Shown here: positions 1 through 12,388 of the stretch, in pieces
Layout of the letters: each line of letters opens with the position of its first letter
Position numbering within the stretch: the stretch's first letter is position 1
DNA from: an uncultured Planctomycetaceae bacterium
GTDB lineage: Bacteria > Planctomycetota > Planctomycetia > Planctomycetales > Planctomycetaceae
Assembly: GCA_963815195.1 (NCBI GenBank)
Contig: CAWFGE010000012.1
Location: 352,001-416,000 of the forward strand
Direction of reading: 5' to 3'
DNA length: 64,000 bases
The notes under the pieces: generated by a model
Database searches by the model: none
Told to the model about the DNA's origin: nothing
What the model saw: the letters and a program-made list of their open reading frames with translations, nothing else
Position numbers and translations under genes: made by a program

Positions 1-3000
1 CTCAATCATCGATCGCAACACGGCCAACAACGGCCTGGGCAACGGCGGCGGCATCCTTAACAGCCCCAATGGAACCTTGACGGTCGTTAGCAGCGACATT
101 TTGGACAACACCGCGGCGCGGGCCGGCGGCGGGATCGAGAATAATGCCGGTTCCCTCACGCTCACAAATGTGACGATGGCGGGCAACATCGCCGGGGTCA
201 ACGGCGGGGCCGTGCATCAAAGCGGGGACGCCGTCGTCAACGTGCTCGGCGGCTTGGTGCAGAATAACACCGCCGGGCAGGAAGGCGGCGGCTTCTGGAA
301 TTCCTCCGTCGGGACGATGACGATCAACGGCACGACCGTCATGCAAAACACCGCGAACGGCACCGACACCGAGCAGGGCGGCGGCGGCGTGTTCAACGAC
401 GGCGGCGTCGTTACGATCCTTAACGCGACCGTCACGAAAAACGTCGCCTTGGGCGATGGTCCAGGCGAAGGCGGCGGCGGGATCTTCAACGACGGCACGA
501 TGTTCATCACCAATTCCTCGATCACCAACAACGAGGCCTTGAACGGCCTGGGCAACGGCGGCGGGATCCTCAACTCCGACGGCGGCACGCTGACCATCAC
601 TGGCGCGGGCACCGAAATCTCCGGCAACGAAGCCGCCCGCGCGGGCGGCGGCATCGAGAACAACGGCGGCGTCGTGACTCTCACCGATGTATCTCTCAAC
701 GACAACACCGCCGGCATCAACGGCGGAGGACTCCATACGAGCGGCGCGGGCGTGGTGGCCATCAACGGCGGCGAAGTCATGGGCAACACCGCGGGCGAAG
801 AAGGCGGCGGACTCTGGAACTCGTCCGCCGGCACGCTGACGATCGCCACCAGCAGCCTGGGCGGCACGACGATCTCCGGCAACGTCGCCAACGGCAATGG
901 CACCAAGCAGGGCGGCGGCGGGATCTTTAACGACGGCGGCACAATCTCGATCACCGGCGCGACCATCACCGACAACACCGCCACCGCAACGAGCGCGGGC
1001 AACGGCGGCGGCGGGATCTTCTTGAACGGCGGCACCGTGTCCTTGACCGACGCCAATATCACCGCCAATACGAGCGGGGCCGACGGCGGCGGGATTTTGA
1101 ATTGCCTCGGCACGGTGACCGTCAGCGGCGGCACCATCTCCGACAACACCGCGGCCCGCGCGGGCGGCGGCATCGAAAACAGCAGCGGCCTCCTCACGCT
1201 GAACGATGTGTCCCTCAACGAGAACACCGCCGGGGTCAACGGCGGCGGGCTCCATCAAACGGGAGCCAGCACCGCGACCGTCACCGGCGGCACGGTCTCC
1301 GGAAACTCGGCCGCCCAGGAAGGCGGCGGTTTGTGGAACTCTTCCACCGGCACGCTCACGGTCGACGGCACCACAATCGACTCGAACACCGCCAGCGGCG
1401 CACTCGCCGATCAAGGCGGCGGCGGAGTGTTTAACGCGGGCGGCATGGTGTCGATTACCGGTGCCACCGTTTCCAACAATGCCGCCGATGGAGGCGCTCG
1501 GTTCCGGGGGCGGGATTTTCAATGATCTGGGCGGGACGCTCTCCGTCGAAAACTTCTCGACGATCCTCGGCAACTCGGCCGCGGCGAACGGCGGCGGGAT
1601 CTTTAATGCCGGCAACCTCACCGTGGACGGCTCCACCATCGGCCAGTTCCTCGTCGAGAACGATGTTTGGTCCCAAACCGGAACCGCGGGCGATTTGGCG
1701 TTTGCGTTTGTGGATACCCAAAACTCCACCGCGGGCCAGGATGTGCTGTTGGATGTCTTGGAAAACGACGGCAGCACCGTGATCGACAACTTCAACGCCG
1801 GCATCTCCGCCGGCGGAAGCGTCACTCAAAGTGGGAACGTGTTTTATAACGTCCAGTCCAATCCCTTCGGCGGCGATGAGGTCACGCCTTATCAAATCTA
1901 CGCCAGCGTCGTCGATCCGGGCGCGGCGATTGCCGAGTCCGAAAGCAACGACACCTCCGGCACCGCGGACCCGGTTACCGCAGAAACCCTCGTCACCGGC
2001 GATTTGGGTTCCGCGACCGATGCGGACTTCTTTTCCATCAATGTCGCCGCGGCCGATACTTCGCTGGTGGTGATTTTGGATTCGCTCACCGGCACCGATG
2101 CGGTGGTGGAACTCCTGGATACCGACGGCACCACGGTGCTCGCGAAGGGCACGGTGGACGCCTTCTCGCTGGACAGCGCTGCGATTGCTTCGGGGTTGTC
2201 TGTCGGGACGTATTTCATCCGCGTGACGGGCAAGGCCGGGGCCACGGGCGGTTATCAATTCGTGGCGAAGACCGTCACCGCGGCCGACCAGGTGGCCGAG
2301 TCGGAACCGAACAACACCCCGGCCGATGCCACCGCCTTGCCGGCGGGACAATTCGGCGAGGGCAACCTGATCGATGTCGGCGCGAACACGGCCATTAACG
2401 GCGGCGGGCTTTTCAATGCCTCGACCGGCACGGCCACCGTCACGGGCTTTTCGCAGATCAGCGACAACACCGCGACCGGCAATGCCTCGACCAACGGCGG
2501 CGGCGGGATCTATAACGACGGCGGCACGGTCACGGTCGAGGATTTTTCCATAATCGATCACAACGCCGCCACCGGCACCAGCGGTTCGGGCGGCGGGATC
2601 TTCAATGGCACCGGCGGCACGCTCGCGGTGACGGACGCCTCGATCACCGATAACACGGCGGAACGCGCCGGTGGCGGGATCGAAGACAATTCCGGGGCCG
2701 GCTTGGGCGTGACGTTGACCAACGTCACGCTGGACAACAACGTCGCCCAAGGCACGCCCGGCAACGGCGGCGGCTTGCACGTCACCGGAGCCGGCGATGT
2801 CTCGATCACGGACGGCACCGTCAGCGGCAACAGTGCGGCCCTCGAAGGCGGCGGCCTCTGGAACGGCACCGGCAAAATGACCATCGACGGCACCATCATC
2901 AGCGGCAATACCGCAAGCGGCGATGCGCTCACCGACGGCGGCGGCGGAATCTTCAATAACGGCGGCACGCTCCAAGTCGGACAGACGACGGCTGTGACCA

Positions 3001-5705
3001 TTTCCGAAAACATTGCCGACGGCACGCTGGGCAGCGGCGGCGGGATCCTCAATCTCTCCGGAACAACGGTCGTCAACGGCAGCACGATTTCCAATAACGC
3101 GGCGAACCGCGCCGGCGGGGGCGTCGAAACCAACGCCGGCAGTGTAACCCTCACGGACAGCGACCTCACGATGAACACGGCCTTCATCAACGGCGGCGGC
3201 TTGCACGTGACCGGGGCGGGAACCGTCGGCATCACCGGCGGCACGGTGAGCGAGAACTCCGCCAGTCAGGAAGGCGGCGGACTCTGGAACGGCAGCGGCA
3301 CGATGACCATCGACGGCGCGACCATAGACTCCAACACCGCCAGCGGAGCCGGCTCCGATCAAGGCGGCGGCGGCGTCTTCAACGCGGGCGGCACCGTCGC
3401 CATTCAGAACAGCACGTCGATCACCAATAACCTTGCCGATGGCACATCCGGCAGCGGCGGCGGGATTTTGAATGATGTGGGCGGCACCCTGACCGTGAAC
3501 GGTTCCTCCATCACGGGCAACACCGCCAACCGCGCCGGCGGCGGAATCGAAGACAACTCCGGAGCCGGCTTGGGCGTGACGCTGACCAATGTGACGTTGG
3601 ACAACAACGTCGCCCAGGGCACGCCCGGCAACGGCGGCGGCCTGCATGTCACCGGGGCGGGCGATGTCTCCATCACCGGCGGAACCGTCAGCGGCAACAG
3701 CGCGGCCCTCGAAGGCGGCGGCCTCTGGAACGGCACCGGCAAGATGACCATCGACGGCACGACCATCGACGGCAACACCGCGAGCGGCGATGCTGCCGAT
3801 GACGGCGGCGGCGGGATCTTCAACAACGGTGGCACCGTGAACATTACCGCGGCCACCCTCTCCAATAACGCGGCCGACGGCACGAGCGGCTCGGGCGGCG
3901 GGATCTTCAACAACACTGGCGGCACAGTGTCGCTTTCCACGAGCACCGTCACCGCCAACGTCGCGAGCACCGGCGGCGGGGTGTTTAACCAGGGCGCGCT
4001 CACCGTCACGGCCAGCACGATTGACTCCAACACCGCCGGCGGAGAAGGCGGCGGGATCTGGAATAGCAATTCACTGACGTTGACCAACTCCACGGTGAGC
4101 GGCAACACCGTCGCCACGAACGGCGGCGGAATCTACACCGGTACGATCACCGGAACCGCGACGATCCAAAACTCCACCATCGCCAACAACCGGGCGGACG
4201 CCGAAGGCACCGGGGCGGGCACCGGCGGCGGGATCAATCACGACGACACCGGCAGCGTGACCTTGACCAGCACGATCGTCGCCGACAACTTCGCCGGCAC
4301 CGGCACGGGCATGGATGATATCAGCGGCACCGTTGGCGGCATGTTTAACCTCGTGGGCGTGGATACCGGACTAACCGGCCTGACCGACGGCGTGGGCGGG
4401 AATATCGTGGGCACGGCGGCGAACCCGATTGATCCGGGATTGCAGCCGCTCGCCGACAACGGCGGCCCCACAAAAACGCAGGCCATCCTCCCCAATAGCC
4501 CCGCGCTCAACGCGGGCGACAACCCGCTCGATTTGATGACCGATCAGCGCGGCGGGCCTTATGTCCGCACCTTCGGCAGCCAGACCGACATCGGCGCGTT
4601 TGAACTCCAAGCCGCCGGCGGCGGTGGGAACGACATCGCGGCCGTTGCTCCAGGGCCGGGCGTGCCGGGCATCGTGCAAGTCGTGAATGCCATCACCCTC
4701 GATCCGCTGTTCTCCTTTGAACCGTATCCTGAATTTATGGGCGGCGTGCGGGTGGCCGTGGGCGATGTCACCGGCGACGGCATTCCGGATGTCATCACCG
4801 GGGCCGGTCCCACGGGCGGGCCGCACATCAAAGTGTTTGACGGCGACACCCACGCCGAAATCATCAGCTTTTTCGCCTTTGACGCGAGCTTCACCGGAGG
4901 CGTGTTCGTGGCGGCGGCCAAGCTGGACGGAGATAACATGGCGGACATCATCGTCGGCGCGGATGCCGGCGGGGGGCCCAACGTCATCGTCTTCAGCGGA
5001 GCCGACCTGACCCCGCTGTTTAACTTTTACGCGTATGCTCCAAACTTCACCGGCGGCGTTCGCGTGGCGGCGGGCGACATCACCGGCGACGGCGTCCCGG
5101 ACATTATCACCGGAGCCGGCCCCGGCGGCGGACCGCATGTCCGCGTGTTCGACGGCACCGTGCCGCTCATCGAGGATTCGGGCGTCACCGACATTGCCAT
5201 GTCCATGGACAACCCGCTGGGCAGCTTCTATGCCTATGATGCGAACTTCACCGGCGGCGTGTTTGTGGCGGCGGGCGACGTGGACGGCGATGGCCGGATC
5301 GATCTGATCACCGGAGCCGGTGCCGGCGGCGGACCGCACGTCAAGGTCTTTAGCGGTGCCACCGGCTCGGTCCTGCCCACGGTCATCGGCAGCTTTTACG
5401 CCTATGATGCGAACTTCACCGGCGGCGTCCGCGTGGCCGCCAGCGACATCACAGGCGACGGCAAGGCCGACATCATCACGGGTGCCGGCCAAGGCGGCGG
5501 CCCCAATGTGCGGGCGTTCAACGCCGCCAGCACCGGCACGGTCCCCCAACAGCTTCGGGATCTGTATTACCCCGATGATCCCAACTTCACCGGTGGGGTA
5601 TTCGTCGCCGCCAGCACCCGGCTGGACAGCGTTCCGACGGTGAGCTCGTCCGACCTCGACCAGCTCTTCTCCAACGGAGACCTGATGGACGACCTTCTCA
5701 ATTAG
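1..5705 (+). CDS. Giant surface adhesin-like protein (5' truncated): Pmp-type GGG(I/L)xN beta-helix repeats, inserted PPC-like domain, choice-of-anchor Q-like region, C-terminal FG-GAP-like repeats; frameshift near 1490
   Basis: Frame open from base 2 and joined to ORF 1206..5705 by removing one base near 1490 (restores DGALGSGGGIFN). Dozens of NxAxxGGGIxN repeats; ESESNDT and ESEPNNT motifs; LQPLADNGGPTKT...DQRG...DIGAFE; GGVRVAAGDxxGDGxxDIITGAGxGGGPHV repeats. Confidence 0.85.
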
Positions 5706-5743
5706 GGCGTTCGTTTTGTAAACTGCCTCTGCTTTTCCTAAAA

Positions 5744-5777
5744 GGCGGCGAGCCGAAACATAAATCGGCTCGCCGCC
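5744..5777 (+). terminator. Probable intrinsic terminator hairpin after the adhesin gene
   Basis: Perfect 13-bp stem GGCGGCGAGCCGA / TCGGCTCGCCGCC about 40 nt after the stop codon. Confidence 0.65.
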
Positions 5778-5827
5778 GGTTTAGGAGCACATCATCAATC
5801 TCTTAACCCCCGGACGCCAGCCCAACG

Positions 5828-5859
5828 ATTAGCCGCCGGGCGCTCGCCCCGGTTCCCTG
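5828..5859 (+). repeat. REP-like element, family 1 (TTAGCCGCMGKGCGCTMGCCCCG)
   Basis: Same motif at 8671, 10792, 11203, 32518-32610, 33018-33080 and 44264. Confidence 0.8.
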
Positions 5860-5883
5860 GAGATCAAAGAACGGAGGCCAATC

Positions 5884-6204
5884 ATGCCCATGGCGCTGAT
5901 TTATTTCACAGCGGGCCAGCGCGACGAGGTTGTGCGCATTGGCCGGGCGCTGGTGGCGGAGCGCCTGGCGGCGTGCGTGAACGTCTTGGGTGAGATCACT
6001 TCCATCTACCGCTGGGAGGGTGCCGTTCAGCAGGACGCGGAAGCCGCCGCGATTGTCAAAACCACCGCCGACCTTGTGGAGCGGGTGATCGATCGCGTGA
6101 AGGAACTGCACACCTACGATTGCCCGGCCGTCCTGTCCTGGCCCATCGCGCAAGGGAATCCCGATTTCTTGAAATGGATCGGCGCGGAAACCGAGAACCC
6201 CTAA
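5884..6204 (+). CDS. cutA: Divalent-cation tolerance protein CutA
   Basis: LVAERLAACVN, SIYRWEG and HTYDCP motifs; 106 aa; GGAGG RBS. Confidence 0.92.
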   Translation: MPMALIYFTAGQRDEVVRIGRALVAERLAACVNVLGEITSIYRWEGAVQQDAEAAAIVKTTADLVERVIDRVKELHTYDCPAVLSWPIAQGNPDFLKWIGAETENP

Positions 6205-6518
6205 CGCGCCACGCCGAATCCCTGAAGCAGCGTGGAGATTCCGCACTCGGAACGTGCCGATATATCAACCCGCGTTTCCCGGTTCCAACGTGCGAAGTTG
6301 GTTCCGGTCGAAAAAACGTGGTAGAATAGCATCACTCAGGCTCCTGTCATCCCTGTGCGGGTATCGAAGATAGCACCCCTGACAATCGTGCGGCCATTCC
6401 GGGATGAAAATTTCATTTTGCCTATCGCTTTTGCCACTGGCTGCGTAAAAATGGTAGGAGATATGCACGCCCGTGCGATCGTTTGTTCCCCGCATTGACG
6501 TCTTGCCGAGGATTCGTC

Positions 6519-8581
6519 GTGACCGTGTCTCGCTGGTTGAGCTCCGTTTTCCGTCCTTCCGTCCCCGCCCGCCGGCGAAGGGCCCGGATGCCGCGCGTCC
6601 CGGCGAACGTCGAAATGCTGGAAAAACGGCTCCTGCTGTCGAACCAGAACCTCGTGGCGCTGGAACTGCCCCAAGCGGCCGGGACCGATCTCCAGGATGT
6701 TTCCTACCAGTTTCAATTGGTGGGGGGCGAGGCGACGTTTGCGGAATTCGGCGTGTTCACGTTCGATGCGGACGGCACCGTAAACGGGATTGCGCCGGGC
6801 CAGGACGGTTTTGAGAACGCCGTGCTGAATAGTGCGAGCCACCACGCCTTGCTGGAAGGCGGCGCGCCCATCGGCAGTCTTGCCACGACGAACTTGGAAG
6901 GGGCCGGGCGGATCGGCGTGTATTTTCGCCAGAACACCGCGCCGATCTCGACCGCAAACCACATCGCGTATCAAGCGACCTCGGCGAATACGCTCCGCTT
7001 GGGTTGGGATGAAGCCGCCCCGATTTGGGCGGCGGTGGGCGTCCGCGACCCGAATTGGTTCGACGATGCCGTCCTGCAAGTGACCGAAGGCACTCCGGTC
7101 AATCGGCAGGGGCCGGTTCTTCAGACCATCGCCGACCAGACGATTCCGGAACTCCAGCAGCTTCAGTTGCAAGTCCAGGGGCAAAATGTCGGCGGATCGA
7201 ACGATGTGCTCCGCTACCAACTCGACCAGGCGCCCGACGGCGCGTCGATTGATGCCACGACCGGACTTTTGACCTGGACGCCGTCGGCACTTCAGAAACC
7301 CGGCGCTATGACGTCACCGTGCGCGTGTTCGATTCAACGCAGCCCGACAAGTTGGCCACCCGGAGCTTCACCATCACCGTGACCGATGTCAATCAGGCTC
7401 AGGCCGCGCACCTGGCGCTGTTTGCCAACGGCAATCCGATCACGCTGCCGGCGAACATCGGCGTTCAATCCGACGGCGGCACCGCAGAGGCCTTCACCAT
7501 CGACGGCTCGGGCAATGTGATCTTCGATCCGAGCGGCGGCGTCACGCTGGGCGAATTCTTCGACATCTGGCGCACGAACGCCGGCCTCGCGGGGAACAAC
7601 GCCGACGCCGTGTTGAGCGCCAACCAGCTTCTCGCGAACATGGCGGACTCGACGAACACCGTCAAGATGTTCGTGAACGGCCAGGTTTCAACCGATTTCG
7701 AGAACTACGTCGTGCAGGCCGGCGATCGGATCGTCATCGACTTCGGTTCGAATCCGGTCCTGTCCTTGAATACCAACCAGGGACCGATCGTGATGGAGCT
7801 GTTCCCGGAGACAACGCCGATCACGGTCGACAATTTCCTCAATTACGTGAACCGCGGCGACTATGTGAACTCGATCTTCCACCGCTCGGTGCCCGGTTTT
7901 GTGATCCAAGGCGGCGGATTTACCACCTCGTCCGCGACCTTCACGGGCACCAGCCAGTTCACCACGATCCCCACCGATCCCGCCATTACGAACGAATTTC
8001 ACCTTTCCAACACGCGGGGGACCGTCGCGATGGCCAAGGTGGGCGGCGATCCGAACAGCGCGACCGACCAGTTCTTCGTCAACCTCAGCGACTCGAACAC
8101 GTTCCTCGATTCCAGCAACGGTGGCTTTACCGTGTTCGGGCAGGTGCTCGACATGACACCCGTGGACCAGATCGCGGCCATCCCCGTCGACAAGAGCAAT
8201 TCGTCGCCCTACGGAGAGTTGCCCCTCACGCCGGACAACCAGCTCGTCGTGATCCAGTCGATCGCGGGCCAAGGCAGCCTCGCCGGCGTCAAGTTTCTGG
8301 ATGCGAATCAGAACGGCGTCCAGGACACCGGCGAAGCGGGCATTGCGAATACGGTGATCTACATCGACGCCAACAACAACGGCGTCCACGATGCCGGCGA
8401 AATTTCCACCGTGACCGATGCCAACGGGCAGTACCTGTTGCAGGTCACCCCGGGCACTTACGTGGTCCGAGCCGAGGTCTCATCGGGCGCCACGCAAACG
8501 ACGCCCACATCGCCGGACAGTTACTCCGAGACCGTGGAAATCGGCCGCGTCATCAGCAACCTCGACTTTGGGGAATTTTAA
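6519..8581 (+). CDS. Multidomain surface cyclophilin-type peptidyl-prolyl isomerase (LExR-LL motif, Ig/cadherin-like domain, PPIase, SdrD B-like domain); frameshift near 7300
   Basis: EMLEKRLLLS; APDGASIDATTGLLTWTP; TPITVDNFLNY, FHRSVPGFVIQGGG, MAK and QFFVN; FLDANQNGVQDTGEAGI. Start codon uncertain. Confidence 0.85.
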
Positions 8582-8658
8582 GCCAGGCGATTGCTGCGTC
8601 CGACCAAAACGAGATGATGAGTCGCAGATCGCCGGTGCTTCGTCCGAGCAAAAACCTT

Positions 8659-8696
8659 GGGTTAAAAAAATTAGCCGCAGGGCGCTAGCCCCGGTT
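8659..8696 (+). repeat. REP-like element, family 1
   Basis: GGGTTAAAAAAATTAGCCGCAGGGCGCTAGCCCCGG between convergent genes. Confidence 0.8.
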
Positions 8697-8743
8697 CTTC
8701 GGGTTCTTCGCTGAACGAACCGGCTGATCGAGCTGACAATGCA

Positions 8744-10462
8744 TCAACGTCGCCCGAAGTAGCGGTTGACGGCGAGGCGAAACGCCCCGTCGAAAGCTTT
8801 GTCGCGGCCGCCTGCCAGCGAGGTCGCATAACCCAAACCGACGTTGGTGTTCGCGCCGATGGCGAGTTGCGCCCCCAACAGCATCGTGAGGGTTTCCACG
8901 TTGTCCGCGTAGTTCCCCACTTGCAGCGGGCCGGCGGAAATGGTGTCCGCATTTTGCAGCGAGCGCACATAATGCAGCTCCATCGTGGGGGCCAGACTGA
9001 TCTGATCGTACTTCTGGGAAATCTGGCCGTCCGGATGGAACGAACTGATCGGAAGCACCGGCGCGTTGGCACCGCGCATCAGCCAATATCCGACCGACCA
9101 ATCGAGGAACAGGAAGCTCGCATCGTTCAATCGGCCGGCATTCTGGAGTCCCGCACCGGTCGAATTGAGCGACACCTGGTTGCCGTTCGCGTCGAAGTCG
9201 AGTTGAGCGAAACCCTGCGTGAAAAAGTTTTGATTGGGCGCGAAGTACCCGCCCAAAAACGGTTGGAGGTGCCAGGAATTGTTGTCGATTTGCACCAGGC
9301 GTCCGCCGTTGGCGAAGTTCACTCCGAAGCTGTCGGCCGTGGGACAGATCACGCCCAAGCCGCCGGAGAGCCCCATCCCGTCGCTCTCGTACAACAGCCC
9401 CTTGAGGTAAACCGCCAGATCGCCCAGCCGGACGTCGTCGGTGCTCGTGGAACCATCTGCAAAAACGGTGTTGGCCACGGTCGCGGCCATGGGGATGCGA
9501 AGCTCAAACGACGCCATGCCGCCGGCAAAGGTCTTTTCAAAGCCGGGCGTAAACCGGTTGAGGCCGGTGCCGCCCGAGACCAGCCGCGTGCGGTCAAAAA
9601 AGCCGTAGTTAAAGAAGACGCGGTCCTGGGGCCTCGTGGTTCCATTCTCGGCAATTCGCGACCGGCCCACGCCGGCGGTTCCCGCGCTGGGCGTCGGAAC
9701 ATTCACGCGCATCACGTAGGAATAGAAATAGAAGGCGTCCAAATCCGAGCCGTTCAGAGTGTCCGCACCGCCTTGGAGCAGCGCCCCGGACGCAGCCGGA
9801 TCATATGCCGTCACGCCGCCGCTCTGCATCGATTGAAACACGGCGTTCGCGGCCCCTTGATAGATTCCCGGAGGCCGCTGCACGGGGATGATGTCATAAC
9901 CCACGCCCGGCGTGCTGGCGAGCAGAGATTGAATCTGTCCAATGGTTCCCGCCGTCGTCAGCGTCGCGTCGGCATTGAACGTCGCCAATTGCGTGGCCGA
10001 GGGAAGCGGCTGCCCCGCGCGGAGCAGCGCCTGGATGTCTTGGACGGAATTGAGCGGCGTCTGAGAAATCGCCAAAGGGCCCGGTTCGGTAATCGTCAGA
10101 GTTTGATTCAAAGCCGGCAAAGGGGAGGGGACATCGAGATCGTTGGCCGCAATCAGCAACCGGGCCAACTCGTTGGACTGCCGGACCCCGCCCGCGTAGC
10201 CGGAATAGAAATCCCCCATCATGGGAGGCAGTCCCCACCAACACGAGGGCCGAAAATAAGACGGGGAAACCGCTGCCGGCGCGGGGGCATCGCCGGGAAA
10301 GAAAGCGGCCTCGTCCTGGAGCGAGGCTTCGCTGGGCCGTTTTGACGAATAGTTCTCTAAATCTTCGGCCAACCTCGGCGGCTGGGCCCACGCCGCCCCG
10401 CACGCCGCAATCGCCAAACCGAATGCCAATCCTCTAACAGCCTTCGCCCAGAATCGCCTCAT
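8744..10462 (-). CDS. Secreted planctomycete hypothetical protein, probable outer-membrane beta-barrel C-terminal region
   Basis: Signal peptide (AAWA-Q); ENGTTRPQDRVFFNY and RFTPGFEKTF motifs; alternating hydrophobic strands ending NRYF. Confidence 0.6.
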   Translation of the reverse strand: MRRFWAKAVRGLAFGLAIAACGAAWAQPPRLAEDLENYSSKRPSEASLQDEAAFFPGDAPAPAAVSPSYFRPSCWWGLPPMMGDFYSGYAGGVRQSNELARLLIAANDLDVPSPLPALNQTLTITEPGPLAISQTPLNSVQDIQALLRAGQPLPSATQLATFNADATLTTAGTIGQIQSLLASTPGVGYDIIPVQRPPGIYQGAANAVFQSMQSGGVTAYDPAASGALLQGGADTLNGSDLDAFYFYSYVMRVNVPTPSAGTAGVGRSRIAENGTTRPQDRVFFNYGFFDRTRLVSGGTGLNRFTPGFEKTFAGGMASFELRIPMAATVANTVFADGSTSTDDVRLGDLAVYLKGLLYESDGMGLSGGLGVICPTADSFGVNFANGGRLVQIDNNSWHLQPFLGGYFAPNQNFFTQGFAQLDFDANGNQVSLNSTGAGLQNAGRLNDASFLFLDWSVGYWLMRGANAPVLPISSFHPDGQISQKYDQISLAPTMELHYVRSLQNADTISAGPLQVGNYADNVETLTMLLGAQLAIGANTNVGLGYATSLAGGRDKAFDGAFRLAVNRYFGRR

Positions 10463-10750
10463 ATGCCACTCATTGGTCTGCAGAACCGCTGTTCCTGGAT
10501 GGTCACACTCACTGATTTTACATCATCGGCGGTCGGGCGATGCGGTCTGTACCATTCATTCCGGCAGAGAGGATTGTATTGATTGGACGAGATGCGAGAT
10601 GCGTAACGATTGTCTCATTTACCAAGACGCGACAATCCGCAAACTCAGCGCATCTTCACAGGCTTCAAGCGACATCGGCAGGTTCCTCGTCGTGGGCCGG
10701 GTTTTTTGACAGCGGATTCTTCCCGATCGATTTCAATGCTGAGAACGCGG

Positions 10751-10812
10751 ATCAGCCGGAACGCTGCGCGCGTCCGGTTCCCTCGGCGAAAAACCGGGGC
10801 TAGCGCTGGGCT
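10751..10812 (-). repeat. REP doublet (family 1 plus inverted variant)
   Basis: Reverse-orientation counterpart of the composite element at 44264-44327. Confidence 0.7.
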
Positions 10813-10892
10813 GTTAAAGAATTGGTATTGAAGTCTAAAAACGCGGGTTCTGGCTTGCGCCACCTGTGTTCTCGTTTTTTTGGAAGGCATTT

Positions 10893-11126
10893 AGGGCCGA
10901 AGGCCCGGCTCTCTGTCAGCCCAGGGCCAGCGCAGCGCCGCCCTGGGTTACGGATGATCCATGAAACGCAAGCCCCAAGGGGGCGGCCCTATGTGGCAAC
11001 TCTCGCCACGGAACAAGGCATTGCGTATTTCCGATTTCGGGCCGCCCCGTTGGGGCTTCGGCATTTTGTAGGTTCCCGTTCCCAGGGCTGCGCCCAGGGC
11101 TGACATAGGGCCGGACCTTCGGTCCT
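10893..11126. mobile_element. About 235-bp palindromic REPIN/MITE-like element, family 2
   Basis: Termini AGGGCCGAAGGCCCGGCTCTCTGTCAGCCCAGGGC ... GCCCAGGGCTGACATAGGGCCGGACCTTCGGTCCT; internal inverted repeat GCCCCAAGGGGGCGGCCC / GGGCCGCCCCGTTGGGGC; second copy at 17713-17960. Confidence 0.75.
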
Positions 11127-11202
11127 TTTTCTTAAATTAATTTACGAACGGTCGAAAAGCTGCGCCAAAGACAAATCGTCGTCAACGCCAAATTTTTAAC
11201 GG

Positions 11203-11238
11203 CCCAGGCTAGCGCCCTGCGGCTAATTTTTTCAACCC
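11203..11238 (-). repeat. REP-like element, family 1
   Basis: Reverse complement of the 8659-8696 copy, including the GGGTT-AAAAAA flank. Confidence 0.8.
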
Positions 11239-11261
11239 GAAATTCATGCTCTGACGGAGCG

Positions 11262-12388
11262 TTATTCGCTCCAGCGCGGCGCAGGAAATCCACGACGTTC
11301 CGATGCATGAAGCCTTCGATGTCGTTCTCCGAGTAGCCTCGGGCGCGGAACAAACCCGGCAGCGTTTGCAGATCGGCGATGGAATCCAGGTCCATCGGCG
11401 TTTGCTCGGTTCCGTAGCCGCCGTCGAGGTCGGTGCCGACGCAAACGTGATTGGCGCTGCCCGCCAGTTGGCAGATGCGGTCGACATGATCGCAGATTCG
11501 CTCGATCTTGAGCTGAAACTGCTCGGGCCGGCTTTTCGTGTGCTTCCAGCCGGGGACCATCATGATCGCATCGAACGCCATCCCCAACAAACCGCCCCGC
11601 TCCACCACCGCTTTGATCTGGTCGTCGGCGAACTGGCGATTCCACGGAGCCAGCGTGCGGCAATTCTGATGGCTCGCCCACAGCGGCCCCTCGTAAACGT
11701 CGAGCGCATCCCAAAAGGTCTCGTCGCAGAGGTGCGTGACATCGAGGATGATCCCGAGCCGCTGCATCTCTTTGAGCAAGTCCTTGCCCGCGGGATGCAA
11801 CGGGCCCGCGGAATCGGTGCCGTCCGCATAACGGCCGGGACCGTAATGGGCCGGTCCCAAGGCGCGGAGGCCATCGTTATAACTCCGCTCGAGATAATCG
11901 AGCGACACGATCGAGTCCGCTCCCTCCAGGCTCAACACAAAGCCGATCGGCAGCGGGTTCGGCTGTTTCTTCGACTCGACCACATACGGCGTCCCATCAT
12001 CACAGGGCGGAGCGTTCCGCCACAATTCCACGTGGGCGTTCAATTCCGCGGCGTTGCGGATGGGCGTCATCTCGCCCAGTTCGGTCATCACCCGATACCA
12101 CGCCAATTGCCCTTGAGTTTGGGCCCAGGCTTGTTCGGGGGATGCCCAACCGGGCAGGCTGTGGAAATACGGTGAATGTCGCCCGATCTGCGTCGCCACA
12201 CACAAGCCCACGTTCCCCTTCCGCATTTCGGGAAAACACACGGTGTTATTCCCACGATCCACGCGGTCGGTCATCCGCGCTTCCGAGCGCCGAATCCGCT
12301 CCTGCGACCAGCGCAAATCGCGATTGTACTCGAGCGCGTTCATCGACAGGTCCAAGTGAATATCGAAGATCAACGGCTTTTGACGCAT
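11262..12388 (-). CDS. Membrane dipeptidase (peptidase M19 family)
   Basis: IFDIHLD, LSLEGAD, ILDVTHL, ASHQN and VGTDLDG motifs. True end is probably ...RRAWSE* at 11262, with a one-base error near 11272. Confidence 0.88.

Noticed and set aside
2664..3793. Diversity-generating retroelement TR/VR pair
   Set aside because: Both copies are in frame within one gene, differences are mostly synonymous and not adenine-specific, and there is no reverse transcriptase in the window
2..5549. Long antisense ORFs (2..1825, 1455..3647, 4371..5549) and similar ones elsewhere (29800..31812, 61352..62893)
   Set aside because: Shadow ORFs of high-GC coding genes on the opposite strand, with no recognisable motifs
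6205..6518. Riboswitch upstream of the cyclophilin gene
   Set aside because: Only an extended -10-like TGGTAGAAT and weak hairpins are visible; I recognised no aptamer consensus
11132..11261. C-terminal extension of the dipeptidase (…KISRRALAWAVK…)
   Set aside because: Read-through into a family-1 REP caused by a probable one-base error just before the real stop at 11262
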